From Pristiophorus japonicus (taxonomy: Eukaryota), in contig NC_091999.1 of assembly GCF_044704955.1 (NCBI RefSeq), positions 10,540,001 through 10,604,000 on the forward strand: a stretch of DNA of 64,000 nucleotides, read 5' to 3'. The notes under the pieces are model-generated. The model ran no database searches. It had not been told where the DNA came from and saw only the letters and a program-made list of their open reading frames with translations. Position numbers and translations under genes: made by a program. Positions 51,180 through 64,000 of this stretch are shown here, piece after piece. Numbering within the stretch: the first letter of the stretch is position 1; each line of letters begins with the position of its first letter.

Positions 51180-51889
51180 GATGCTCCCTGAGTGTGTAAC
51201 TCTGCCATCCGGGAAATCCTCTGTGAGAGCAGAATTACAGATCCCCACGCCACTGCACTGATGATCCCACCAATGCCAACAGGGAGCAGCGGCAGTAATC
51301 TCTCCAATAACACAGGTCTGGCAAGGTGGGTCTGAGCGAGAGCAGCAAACCAAAGCTGTGCGCGGGGCTGCAGTGGGCAGTATTAATGTAAAATGGTGAC
51401 CACGGCGGCCTCTGACAGTGATTCTGCGGACTTCACACAGTCAGGATAATGGGCAGATTACATTGTGAGTTCATCGATCGGGTGGTTTCCAGCGGCCTAT
51501 TATTTGCACAAATTGTATATTGTTTCAGACAATTCAACTGTCTAAATATGCAGAAGGGAAATGTGAGTGAAGGTAAGGACATTTTACTTTCTTTCTGAAT
51601 ATGTTTATGGCATCCTCTTACCTATTAGTGCTGTCCTTCCATCGTTACTCATCACCTTCTTTCGGCTTTTCGAATTTGCTGTCGTCCAAACTTTCATTAT
51701 TGCATGGCATTGTCTCTTTGTCTTTCTCATTCTTTCTTTCATACTTTCACTTTCTTTTCCTCGATCGATGTTTCGAACTCTGTTCATCACTCACTTACTT
51801 TAAATCTTTCTCTTCTCTATTTCCTAATTGTTCTCTGATTCTATCGGCTGTTTCAGTGCTGCACATTCATGTAATTCTTAAATTTTGTC

Positions 51890-52208
51890 GAAATGTACAC
51901 CGAGATTCGCCCAGATTTCTCTACCTGCCTGAGACTTTGCATTTGAAGGAAATCCTGTCAGAATGCAGTGCGGGTTCAGCATGAGTGACAACATCTGTTG
52001 GTACAGCCGACTGGTGAGCGCGGCCCTGAGATACATCCATTGTGCAATTCAAAGCAGAATGCCACCGAGTCCGGTTTGAGGTCCACACCGACCGGGATCA
52101 AAGTCTGAGCACACTCGGCTTCGGCCACGCAGAGTTGGCAGATACCGGAACCTATTGCGGTGCTGCGGGCCACAGTGTGGGTAAAAGCCCCGCTCCCGTT
52201 CAAGTTCT
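51890..52208 (+). pseudogene. Family B V pseudogene
   Basis: GNPVRMQCGFSMSDNICWY...RFEVHTDRDQSLSTL...DTGTYCGAAG; CACAGTG-22-TCAAGTTCT. Confidence 0.75.
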
Positions 52209-52510
52209 CCTCTCTGACAAAGCCTGGATAGATTGGGTGACAGTCAAATCGGTTCCGAAAGCGACCAGTTCAGTCAAAGGGCGGTTGTCAAACCACAATT
52301 ATATTATTCAACAGAAATTAAGATGAAATTCCTTTTTGAATTCACATTTCAGCTCGTTAATGTTATACATTTCGTGACAGTTTTGTTCTCTTTCCCATCG
52401 CTTATTCAGCACTTGGTTTTGACCCACTTCACTGTTGAAGATTTCGGTAACTGTTGAACAATGTAATAATTTTGCAATTCCTGTCGCCAATCAGTTTGCC
52501 CCGAATTTGT

Positions 52511-53552
52511 ACATAGAAACATTGAAACATACAAACATAGAAAATGGGTGCAGGAGTATGCCATTCGGCCCTTCGAGCCTGCACCACCTTTCGATAAGAT
52601 CATGGCTGATCATTCCCTCTGTATCCCTTTCCTGCTTTCTCTCCATGCCCCTTGATCCCATTAGCCTTAAGGGCCATATCCAACTCCCTCTCGAATATAT
52701 CCAATGAACGGGCATCAACAACTCCCTGCGGCAGGAAATTCCACAGGTTAACAACTCTTTGATTGAAGAAGTTTCTCGTCATCTCAGTCTAAAATGGCCG
52801 AAGCCTTATGCTAAGACTGTGTCCCCTGGTTCTGGACTCTCCCAACATAGGGAAAAATCTACCTGCATCTAAACTGTCCCGTCTCGTCAGAATCTTGTGT
52901 GTTTTTATGAGATCTCCTCTCATTCTTCTAAACTCCAATGTATAAAGGCCCAGTTGATCCAGTCTCTCCTCATATGTCAGTCTGGCCATCCCGGGAATCA
53001 GTGAACCTTCGCTGCACTCCCTCAATAGGAAGAACGTTCTTCCTCAGATTAGGAGATCAAAATTGAACACTATATTCCAGGTGAGGGCTCACGAAGGCCC
53101 TGTACAACTGCAGTAAGACCTCTCTGCTGCTATACACAAATCCCTTAGCTATGAAGGCCAACATACCATTTGCCTTCTTTATCACCTGTTGCACCTGTAT
53201 GCCAAATTTCATTGACTGATGAATCATGACACCCAGGTATCGTTGCACCTCCCGTTTTCCTTATCTGCCACCATGCAGATAATATTCTGTCTTCGTGTTT
53301 TTGCCCCCAAAGTGGATAACCTCACATCTATCCGCATTGTACTGCATCTGCCATGCTTTTGGCCACTCACCGAATCTGTCTAAGTCAACCTGCAGCCTTT
53401 TAGCGTCCACCTCACAGCTCACAGCGCACCCAGTTTCGTGTCATCTGCAAACTTGGAGATATTAAACACAATTCCTTCATCCAAATCATTGATGTATAGT
53501 GTAAAGAGCTGGGCTCCCAGCACTGAGCCCTGTGGCAGTCCACTGGTCACAG
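52511..53552 (-). mobile_element. CR1 3' part
   Basis: Reverse RT C-terminus and tail. Confidence 0.88.
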
Positions 53553-56500
53553 GCAGAGTCCGGGGATCGACGGCAGTTCGAGAGGCGGAGCAGCAGTGTG
53601 GATGAGGTATATAATGACCCAGCGTGTGTTGTGTATGCATGCCTGTTTACTGTGTGATGTCTGTAATACTGTTATGCAACACTGAATGTACCCTTACACT
53701 GTACACACCTTGCCTGTACATCAGAGGGTGCTGCTGTTGGAGACCTAACAGTTACCTCCACACTGCAGGTAACCCAGTATAAAAAGGAACACATAGCTTG
53801 TTATCTGCACTCAGGAGCTGCAAAGACAGGACTCCAGGTCGACACAGTTTAAGTATCATACACTGCATCGTGGAGTCACTGAAGGTGCCTACATACGCAA
53901 CAGCGGGAGTCCGGTGATCGGCGGCAGTTCGACAGCCGGATCAGTGTGGATGAGGCCCAGAAAGACCCAGCAGGAGTCCGGGGATAGGCAGCTGTTCGAG
54001 GGGCGGAGCAGCAGCGTGGGTGAGGCCTATAAAAGCCTACTGGTGCAGCTGAAGCAGGGTCAGAAGGCAAAAAAGAAGTAGAAATAAATCTAAAGGGGGT
54101 AAAGTAATCGGCTGGAGATTGGTAAATAGTTTTTCTTTTTCTATTCTATATCAGTAAGTAAGGTTTAGCATTGCTGTTGCCAATATAATCTGGGGGTTAA
54201 GTCATGGCAGGACAGCTCAGACACGTGCTATGCTCCACCTGTACTATTTGGGAAGTCAGGGACGCATCCTAGGTCCCTGACGACTACGTGCGTGGGAAGT
54301 GTATCCGGCTGCAGCTCCTGACGGACCACATTGCGGCGCTGGAGCTGCGGGTGGATTCACTCTGGAGCATGCACGATGCTGAGAATGACGTGAATAGCAA
54401 GTTTAATGAGTTGGTCTTAGCGCAGGAAAAGGTTACTCAGGCAGATAGTGAATGGATGACCAACAGGAAGAGCAGTGGTAGGAACGTAGTGGAGGGGTCC
54501 TCTGCTGTCATCCCTTTGCAAAACAGATACACCACTTTGGGTACTCTTGAGGGGGATGACTCACCAGTGGAGGGCAGCAGCAGGCAAGTTCATGGCACGG
54601 TGGGTGGCTCTGCTGCACAGGAGGGCATGAAAAAGAGTGGGAGAGCTGTTGTGATAGGAGATTCAATTGTAAGAGGAAAATATAGACGTTTCTGCGGCCG
54701 CAACCGAGACTCCAGGATGGTATGTTGCCTCCCTGGTGCAAGGGTCATGTATATCTCGGAGCGGAAGCAGGGCATTCTGAAAAGGAAAGGTGAACAGCCA
54801 GTTGGCCGGGTGCATATAGGTACCAAAGATATAGGTAAAAAAAGGGATGAGGTTCTACAAGAGCAGTTTAGTGAGGTGGGAGGTAAATTAAAACGTAGGA
54901 CCTCAAAAGTAGTAATCTCAGGATTGCTACCAGTGCCAAGTGCTAGTCAGAGGAGGAATCGCAGGATAGCTCAGATGAATACGTGGTTTGAGGAGTGGTG
55001 TAGCAGGGAGGGATTCAAATTCCTGCTACATTGGAACCAGTTCTGGGGGAGGTGGGGCCAGTACAAACCGGATGGTCTGCACCTAGGCAGGACTGGAACC
55101 ATTGTCCTAGGGGAAGTGTTTGCTTGCGCTGTTGGGGAGGACTTAAAGTAATACAGCAGGGGGATGGGAACCTATGCAGGGAGTGAGAGGGAAGTAGAAT
55201 GGGGGCAGAAGCAAAAGATAGGAAGAAGAAAAGTAAAAGTGGAGGGCAGAGAAACCTAAGGTAGAAAGCAAAGAGGGCGACATTACAGCAAAATTCTAAA
55301 GAGGCACAGTGTGTTAGGTTCTGTGCCTCACTGCGAGGAGTGTTCACAATAATGTGGACGAATTAACTGCGCAGAGAGCAGTTAATGGGTATGATGTAAT
55401 TGGCATCACGGAGACACGGCTCCAGTGTGACCAAGGCTGGGAACTCAACATTCATGGGTATTCAACATTTAGGAAGGATTGACAGAAAGGAAAATGAAGC
55501 TTGGTGGCATTGCTGGTTAAAGACGAAAGTAATGCAATATTAAGAAAGGACATTAGCTTGGATGATGTGGAATCGGTTTGGGTGGTGCTGCGGAATACCA
55601 ACGGGCAGAAAACGCTAGTGGGAGTTGTGTGCAGATCACCAAACAGTACTGGAAATTTTGGGGACAGAATCAAACAAGAAATTAGGGATGCATGCATTAA
55701 ATGTACAACAGTTATCATGGGTGACTTTAATCTACATATTGATTTGCCTAACAAAGCTGGTAGCAATGCGGTGGAGGAGGATTTCCTGGAGTGTATGAGG
55801 GATATATTTCCAGACCAATTTGTCGAGGAACCCTACCAGAGAGCTGTCCATCCTAGACTTGGTGATGTGTAATGAGAAAGAACTAATTAGCAATCTTGTT
55901 GTGCGAGAACCCTTGGGGAAGAGTGAACATAACATGGTAGAATTCTTCATTCGAAAGAAGAGTGACACAGTTAATTAGGAATTTGGGTACTCAACTTAAG
56001 GAAAGGTAACTTGGTTGGTTTGAGGAGTGAATTGGCTCGAGTAGACTGGCAAATGATACTTTAACAGTTGAAGATGGATAGGCAATGGCAAACATTTAAA
56101 CATCACATGAATGAATTTCAGCAATTGTACATCACTGTCTCGAGTAAAAATAAAACGGGGAAGGTGGTTAAACCGTGGCTAACAAGGGAAATTAAGGATA
56201 GTGTTAAATCCAAGGAAGAGGCATATACATTGGCCAGAAAAAGCAGCAAACCTGACGACTGTGGGAAATTTAGAATTCAGCAGAGGAGGACAAAGAGTTT
56301 AATTATGAATGGGACAATAGAGTCCGAGCAGAAGCTTGCCGGGAACATAAAAACAGAATGCAAAAGCTTCTATAGATATGAGAAGAGACAAATATTAGTG
56401 AAGACAAACGTAGGTCACTTGCATTCGGATTCATGTGAATTTATAATGGGGAACAAAGAAATGGCAGACCAATTGAACGAATATGTTGGTTTTGACTACA

Positions 56501-57433
56501 CGAAGGAAGACACAAATAACCTTCCGAACGTACTAGAGGTCCGAGGGTCTAGTGAGAAGGAGGAACTGAAGGATATCTTTATTCGGTGGAAACTTGTGTT
56601 CGGGAAATTGATGGGATTGAAGGCCGATAAATCCCTGTGGCCTGATAGTCTGCATCCCAGAGTACTGAAGGACTGGCCCTAGAAATAGTGGATGCATTGG
56701 TGATCATTTTCCAACAGTCCATCGACTGGGCATCAGTTCCGATGGACTGGAGGGTAGCTAATGCAACACCACTTTTTAAAAAGGGAGGGAGAGAGAAAGC
56801 CGCAATTTTCGACCTGTTAGCCTAACATCAGTGCTGGGGAAAATGTTGGAACCAATTATTAAGGATGAAATAGCAGCGTCTTTGGAAAGCAGTGACAGGA
56901 TCTTTCCAAGTCAGCATGGATTTATGAAGGAGAATTCATGCATGACAAATGTTCTGGAATTTGTTTCAGCATGTAACTAGCAGCGTGGACAAGGGAGAAC
57001 CAGTGGATGTGGTGTATTTGGATTTCAAAATGCTTTTGGCAGGGTCCCACACAAGGGATTGGTGTGCAAAATCAAAGCATATGGTATTGGGGGTAATATA
57101 CTGATGTGAATAGAGAACTGGTTGGCAAACAGGAAGCAGAGAGTCGGGTTGAACTGGTCCTTTTCAGCATAGCAGGCAGTGACTAGTGGAGTGCCGCAGC
57201 GCTCAGTGCTGGGACCCCAGCTATTTACAATATACATCAATGATGTGGATGAAGGAATTGCGTGTAATATTTCCAAGTTTGCAGATGACACTAAATTGGG
57301 TGGCGGGGTGAGCTGTGTGGGGATCTAAAAGGCTGCAGGGTGACTTCGACAGAATGACGTGAATGAGCAAATGCATGATAGATTCAGTATAATGTGGATA
57401 AATGTGAGGTTATCCATATTGGGGGCAAAAACG
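53553..57433 (+). mobile_element. Near full-length CR1 (5' UTR, ORF1 from about 54204 to 55151, degenerate ORF2), 3' end missing
   Basis: ORF1 zinc finger plus IGDSIVR SGNH-esterase and DGLHL; APE and RT motifs. Confidence 0.92.
53627..53902 (+). mobile_element. Solo LTR inserted in the CR1 5' UTR
   Basis: TGTTGTGTATG...CATACGCAACA inverted termini, TATAAAA at about 53778, 5-bp TSD GCGTG/GCGGG. Confidence 0.7.
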
Positions 57434-59627
57434 CCCACTCACCTAACCTATCCAAGTCACCCTGCAGCCTATTAGCGTCCTCGTCATTGCTCACACCTCC
57501 ACCCAGTTTAGCGTCATCTGCAAACTTGGAGATATTAAACTCAATTCGTTCATACAAATTATTAATGTATATTGTAAATAGCTGGGGCCCCAGCACTGAG
57601 CCATGCGGCATCCCACTAGTCACAGCCTGCCATTATGAAAAGTACCCGTTTATCCCGACTCTCTGCTTCCTGTCTGCCAATCAGTTCTCTATCCACATCA
57701 GTACATTACTCCCAATACCATGTGCTTTGAATTTGCACACCAATCTCTTATGTGGGACCTTGTCAAAGGCCTATTGAAAGTCGAAATACACCACATCCAC
57801 TGGTTCTCTTTTGTCCACTCTATTAGTTACATCCTCAAAAAATTCCAGAAGGTTTGTCAAGCATGATTTCCCTTTCATAAACCCATGTTGACTTGGACTG
57901 ATCCTGTCACTGCTTTCCAAATGTGCTGTTATTTCATATTTAATAATTAATTCCAACATTTTCCCCAATACTGATGTCAGGCTAATCGATCTATAATTAC
58001 CTGTTTTCTCTCTTCCTCCTTTTTTAAAAAGTGGTGTTACATTAGCTGCACTCCAGTCCATAGGAACTGATCCAGAGTCGATAGAATGTTGGAAAATGAT
58101 ACCCAATGCATGCACTATTTCTAGGGCCACTTCCTTAAGTACTCTGGGATGCAGCCGATGAGGCCCCAGATATTTATCGGCCTTCAATCCCATCAATTTC
58201 CTAAATACAATTTCCAACCTAATAAGGATATCCGTCAATTCCTGCTTCTCACCAGACCCTCGGTCTCCTAGTACTTCTGGAATGTTGTTTGTGTCTTCCT
58301 TCGTGAAGACAGAATCATATTAATTCATCAACTGGTCTGCCATTTCTTTGTTCCGCATTATAATGTCACCGTTAATCTGACTGCAAGGGACCTACGTTTG
58401 ACTTCACTACTCTTTTCCTCTTCACATATCTATCGAAGCTTTTGCATCCAGTTTTTATGTTCCCAGCAAGCTTCCTCTCATACTCTATTTCCCCACCCTC
58501 CTAATTAAACCCTTTATCCTCCTCTGCTGAATTACAAATTTCTCCCAGTCCTCAGGATTGCTATTTTTTCTGGCCAATTTGTATGCCTCTTCCTGGATTT
58601 AACACTATCATTAGTTTCCCTTGTTAGACACGGTTGAGCCACCATTCCCATTTTATTTTTTACTCCAGACAGGGATGTGCAATTGTTGAAGTTCATCCAT
58701 GAGATCATTAAATGCTTGCCATTTCCTATCCGTCGTCAACCCTTTAAGTATCATTCGCCATTCTATTGTAGCCAATTCACGTCTCATACTATCCAAGTTA
58801 CCTTTCCTTAAGTTGAGGACCCTGGTCTCTGAATTAACTGTATCACTCTCCATCTTAATAAAGCATTCGACCATATTATGGTCACTCTTCCCCATGCGGC
58901 CTCGCACAACAAGATTGCTAATAAGTCCTTTCTCATTACACATCACCCAGACTAGCATCGCCAGCCCTCTAGTTGGTTCCTCGACATTTTGCTCGACAAA
59001 TCCATACCTACTACACTCCAGGAAATCCTCCTCGACCGTATAGCTAGCAGTTTGCTTAGCTCACTCTATATGTAGATTAATGTCGCCCATGATGACTGCT
59101 GTACCTTTATTTCATGCATCCCTTATTTCTTGTTGGATGCTATCCCCAACCTCACTATTGCTGTTTTGTGGTCTGCAAACAACTCCCACTAGTGTTTTCT
59201 GTTCTTTGGTATTCCGCAGCTCCACCTATACAGATTCCACATCATCCAAGCTAATGTCTTTCCTTACTTTTGCGTTAAATTTCTCTTTAACAAGCAACGC
59301 AACCCCACCTCCTTTTCCTTTCTGTCTATCCTTCCTGAATGTTGAACACCTCTGGATGTTGAGCTCCCAGCCTTTGTCACCCCGGAGCCATGTCGCCGTG
59401 ATGCCAATTATATCATATTCATTAATTGCTGCCTTTGCAGTTAATTCGTCCATCTTATTAAGAATATTCCTCGCATTGAGGCACAGAGCCTTCAGGTTTG
59501 TTCTTTTAACATACGTTGCCCGTTTAGAATTATGCTGCAATATGGCCCTTTTTGATTTTTGCCTTGGGTTTCTCTGCCCTCCACTTTTACTTTCCTTCTT
59601 TCAATGTTTTGCTTCTGCCCCCATTCT
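57434..59627 (-). mobile_element. CR1 ORF2 (APE to RT), inverted relative to its neighbour
   Basis: Reverse ORFs with CLNARNI, GGGVALL, QHGFMKGKSC, FADD. Confidence 0.9.
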
Positions 59628-62600
59628 AAAAGGAATTAAAAAGCAAGGATGGCAGCCAGAAGACTCACCTGACAGTCAAAGGAAATGGTGGGATAATCAG
59701 AGATAAAAATAAAACAAAACAAGCCTATGTCATTATACTCGCCTGCTGCAGAGAACAGATACAATAAATGGATACTCAAACAAAACGAATTCAAGTGTTT
59801 GATGCTAAGATAAATAAGCTGGAAGAAAAAAAAGACGCAAGGTAGAGTGCACGGCCGGAGGGGGAAAAATGGAAAATTTCCTCAAGCATGGGATTTGTCA
59901 AGACGAGCAAGGAGAAGCCCATCAAAAGATCATTAAGTTGGGATTTAAAGTGGGGCATGATTACGATGGAACTTTGGAGTGGGCAGAACATGTAAAGGAG
60001 TTAAAGTCAGAACAAAGGAAGAAGATAGCAAAAATAGCAGCAGAGACGAAGGGGGAGGAGACAGATCCCCACGCAGCTCCCCTGATATGTTTTAGCTGCA
60101 ATAAGAGAGGAGGCGCAGGAAGGTGAGGCCCTCAACCGGCAAAGAAGGCAGCACTGTTTTGCAGCATGTGTATGATATCCTTATTGCCTCCAGTACTAAA
60201 CAACAACACATACTCGCTTTAGCTACAGCGCTAGGAGCTCTACAGAGTGCACGATTAAAAATAAATCCTAGGAAGGTGCAGGTGGGAAGAAGCGAAGTAA
60301 CGTATCTAGGATACATAATATCACAAAGGAAGATACAGATACCTGAGGACAGAAAGAAAGCAATTCGATCAATGCCCAGGCCAGGAACCATGAAAGGGGT
60401 CAGGCAGGTACTAGAGCTATTCAACAATTGCAGAAATGTCGAGATCGGGTAATTGTGGTTGTAAAGTTAAAACAAGCTCTCACAATGCTCCAACCTTGGG
60501 ATTACCCAACCAGAATAGGCCTCTCCAGATCTATCCCCACTACAGTAAATATCATTACATGGGGACAGGCACCGGCCAGTGGTATAGTGATGTCGCAACA
60601 AATAACCAGCATACCTGAGTAGAATTAATTAAACACAGGAAGGCTGAAACCAGTATCCGACGCGTGAAAAGCTCGATGGGAATCAATGCTTTTACACCCC
60701 CCCCGCCCATCCCCGCAACGGGATGCTAATCATAACGGATGGGGAAGATCATCAGTGCAGCGCAACAGGAGAGGACGAGGGAAGCAGTCAGGCGAGTGAA
60801 ACCTTGCTTGAGGAGGCAAACATAGATCTATATGCAGATCGATCTCGGCGCTATATCAACGAGACACCACGGATGGGATGGGCTCTGGTAGCTGGCAGCG
60901 GACAGGCCAAAAGGGAAGGACGGTTAGAAGGGGATCTATGAGCTCAAGTGGCTGAATTAGCGGTTCTCACTGAGGCTCTGAGGCTGGCTAGGGGGAAAAG
61001 AGTAACCATCTATACAGATAGTCGACATGCTTTTGGAGAAGTGCATGCTTATATGATAGCCCGCAGCAGACGAGACGGGCCGATTAAACATGAGGAGAAT
61101 GTTAAAAATATGGGTGTAATCCTCCCTCCTACCCCAGCAGTGTGCGATAATAAAGGTTAAAGCGCACATAAAATTACTGATCAACATCAACAGGGAAATG
61201 CATGGGCAGACGAGGTAGCCACGCGGGTGGGGAACCAGGCACAATGGAGGGGAAGCCCAGGATAGGTGCATGTACAATCGGGCCTAAGGAGGTAAACATG
61301 GTTAAGGTACAGAGAGAAGCCACTCCACAGGAAAAGGAGGGGTGGAAGCAGAGAGGGGCCCAACAAGGGACCGACGGGATATGGCGTAATGATGGGAAAG
61401 TGGTGGCCCCAGAATTTATACCACGGGTATAGAACCAACATGATAAGCTCGAGGTATCCACGGGAGCCAAATGAATGTCCAGATGCTGGTGGTGGAAGAG
61501 AATGGGTAGATATACAGCGAAACACTGTAAAATATGCCTAACATGCGCAAAATGCCACCCAAGGGGGAAAGTAATGGTCAAAATGAGAAAGCATCCCCGA
61601 CCGAGAGGAACCTGGAGAACTTGCAGATAGATATTACACGACCATTACCCAGTGACAAGGGAAAGACATACTGCCTAGTGATAATAGACCAGTTTACGAA
61701 ATGGGTATAAGCTATTGCCACGAGAAAATGCTGAGCAGAAACCGAGGCCAGGATCCTAGCAGAAGACATAATATCCCGAGGGGGAAGGCCGTTACCTCCG
61801 AACTCAGATCAATGTAGACACTTCACAGGGAAGATAATGAAACAGGCCTGCTCTTTACTGCGGATCATGCAAAAACATCCCATATCGTCCAGAATCTTCC
61901 AGAATGGGGGAACGAATGAATAGGACCTTAAAAGCGGCCCTAGCCGAGGCAATTGAAGAGACTGGAAAGGGATGGGTCGACAGGTTACCCCGAGTACTGA
62001 TGAAGGTCAGGGTAGCCCATGATCGGATGGCAGGACTGACACCCTTTGAACTGATTACTGGAAGGGCAATGAGACAGCCAAACGTCTTGATTTCAGGAAG
62101 CGAGGATGTAGTACCATAAAGACAGAATACGGAAATTTGTAATGGAACTCTGTAAGCAGTTACATGAATTAAAGGCACAGCTAGAGATCAGCAAATAATA
62201 TAGGACTTAGATAACTACACAAAGGAACAGAGAGTCCAAATGCCCGAAATAGGCAGTCAGGTGATGGTGAGCATTACCCCAGAGAGGTCCGGGCTCGCAC
62301 CCAAATGGATCGGACCCTGTCAGGTAATAATTCAAGTAATGGTGTTTATAAGGGGTATCAGCAAGTGGAAACACTGGACACAGTTAAAAAAGCATGCACA
62401 CGACCTAATTGGTGACGACTGGCAAATATTGATTTATTGCAGGACTCTAGTGCTCATGAAAACAACGTGGGCTAAAGCAGCCTCATATCAAGGAAAACAG
62501 GCTGAGGGACGGCAAGGTTTCTATTACAGGAAGTCGGTCGATATTAGTTTAATAAAGAATCAAAAACACTGATGGTAACTGCCGGAGCAACAGTGACTTA

Positions 62601-64000
62601 AATTACGGGCATAAAACAATGTAACAAGGAAACGAAATAACATTGGGGAAGGGCGAGAAATACGGGATCAATAAAGAGTGGGAATAAGACCATGTTGTGT
62701 TTTGTAATCAGCAGGGACAGAGATACTGCACCCGGCGAAAGGGGGTGCTGATTTCACACAACATACTAGAAATGATAGTTGCGGGATACGCAGTGGGATA
62801 CATGGCAGGATACGTGGCGGGATACGTGACGCGATATCTGGCGGGATTCGCGGCGAGAGAACGATGTTAAACTCGATAGTTGATCGAGTGATGCCCTAAA
62901 ACGAATCTTACAGGGATTGTTGGAGAAAAATGGAGGAGAAACTCGCGCGTGGCACCATCCAGAAATGTTTCTGAAGAGAACAACAATACTAAGTATCTCA
63001 GCATAGATGATTAGTATAAAAATAACCAAGTTGCTTTTTGTCGAGATCCACTATGAATCAACAAAGATGACTATGGAAATGACCAATTGGACGGGTGCAC
63101 CTTGAGTATTACCTCCCCGCCCCGCCCCAACACAGGACTATGAAATATCGATGTTCCACGAGGAAATGGAGATTGATATGTGAGCACCACGGCAACTGAA
63201 ATGACGAAAGGAACTCCTCATATACCATTATGGATACTGACTTCAGCATTACTCTGCTTGACGAGACAGATATAAACGGGTTTATTATAACCCCTGAACT
63301 AAAGGAGGAAACGATCGATGATGGACATTACCCCAGGAGGTTATGCGAAGGCCATCGGGCCAAAAGGAAAACCGATACTCGAACTGAAAGAGGAACAAAC
63401 TCGACTGAGCTGGATACCATTCGACTTCATACAGGATATTCCAGGCGGGCAGAAATTCGGCAGAATAGCTAATACCCCAAGTGGAGGAAAGATAGAAGAA
63501 ACAGAGAATACCCCAGGCATAATTCGAACACCGAGAAAATGTTGGCTAGAAAGGACTTATACATGAACTATTTTCGACTCAATGTACTGGCTGTAGTGCA
63601 AGGGAACTCATCTTGCTAGTATTAACCTGTAAGATGGTGAACCGACGTAAGAGTCTGCCCCTAGCCCGTACTATAGTTAAAATATTAAAAAAGGAAAATT
63701 AGGCAGTCCGGCAGAAAATACTTATTTAGTATAACCTTGATGGGAAAGCCAACAAGTAGGTCCTGCAGTTCAGCAAGTAGCACTCCTCAAGCGAAAGGGT
63801 AACCCTGGAAACCCACCCATGAGGAAATAATTGATAAATGGCCTATCTTGGGCATATAGCCAAGGCCATTGGGGGGATTTATAAGGGATATAAATTGTAG
63901 CAGGCAACAGAGCAGAGAGATAGGTGGTCAGAATAAAATGCTGAAGGTGGGGAACTAATCAATATTAGGCGGGTCTGAGGAATTGTCTATGTATGTGACA
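59628..64000 (+). mobile_element. Decayed class I (gamma/epsilon-like) endogenous retrovirus: gag end, pol, probable env remnant
   Basis: Zn-knuckle start CFSCNKRG; RT LQHVYDILI..VTYLG; RNase H AELAVLTEAL..IYTDSRHAF; integrase LQID..LVIIDQFTKW, ERMNRTLK; many stops. Confidence 0.85.

Noticed and set aside
59080-59706. 208-aa plus-strand ORF
   Set aside because: Antisense reading of the CR1 endonuclease region running into ERV sequence
1-64000. IgH/TAILV, NAR-TCR V-D-J clusters, D/J segments or signal joints
   Set aside because: By eye: no 12-RSS-flanked segments, no FGxG J with RSS, no WVRQ-type VH, no octamer at the V promoters, no fused heptamers

Overview
Vertebrate DNA, most likely from a cartilaginous fish (inferred from the CR1/RTE/Tx1 repeat families and the V-domain style). 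It covers part of an antigen-receptor V-segment array, best interpreted as the TCR alpha/delta V region. No D, J or C segments were found. About 20 V segments or remnants lie in both orientations, with 46-nt leader exons and 23-type RSSs. Only two look intact: 6808-7310 (-) and 22524-22955 (+). The array is built from a segmentally duplicated cassette (about 1-16.4 kb, 23.7-41.2 kb, and a partial third copy at 48.3-52.5 kb). It is heavily invaded by CR1 LINEs (some nested), an RTE fragment, a solo LTR and a decayed class I ERV (59.6-64 kb), and has a 538-bp assembly gap. The most notable observations are: CTCF-like motifs at a fixed 24-25 bp behind V RSS nonamers; a V family with conserved 24-bp RSS spacers; intact orphan promoter/leader exons facing the RSS of an opposite-strand V; a decayed RSS-less V-set exon that may be germline VJ-joined; and a Tx1-like element inserted into a CR1 with a 14-bp TSD. 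All calls come from manual reading; no searches were run.
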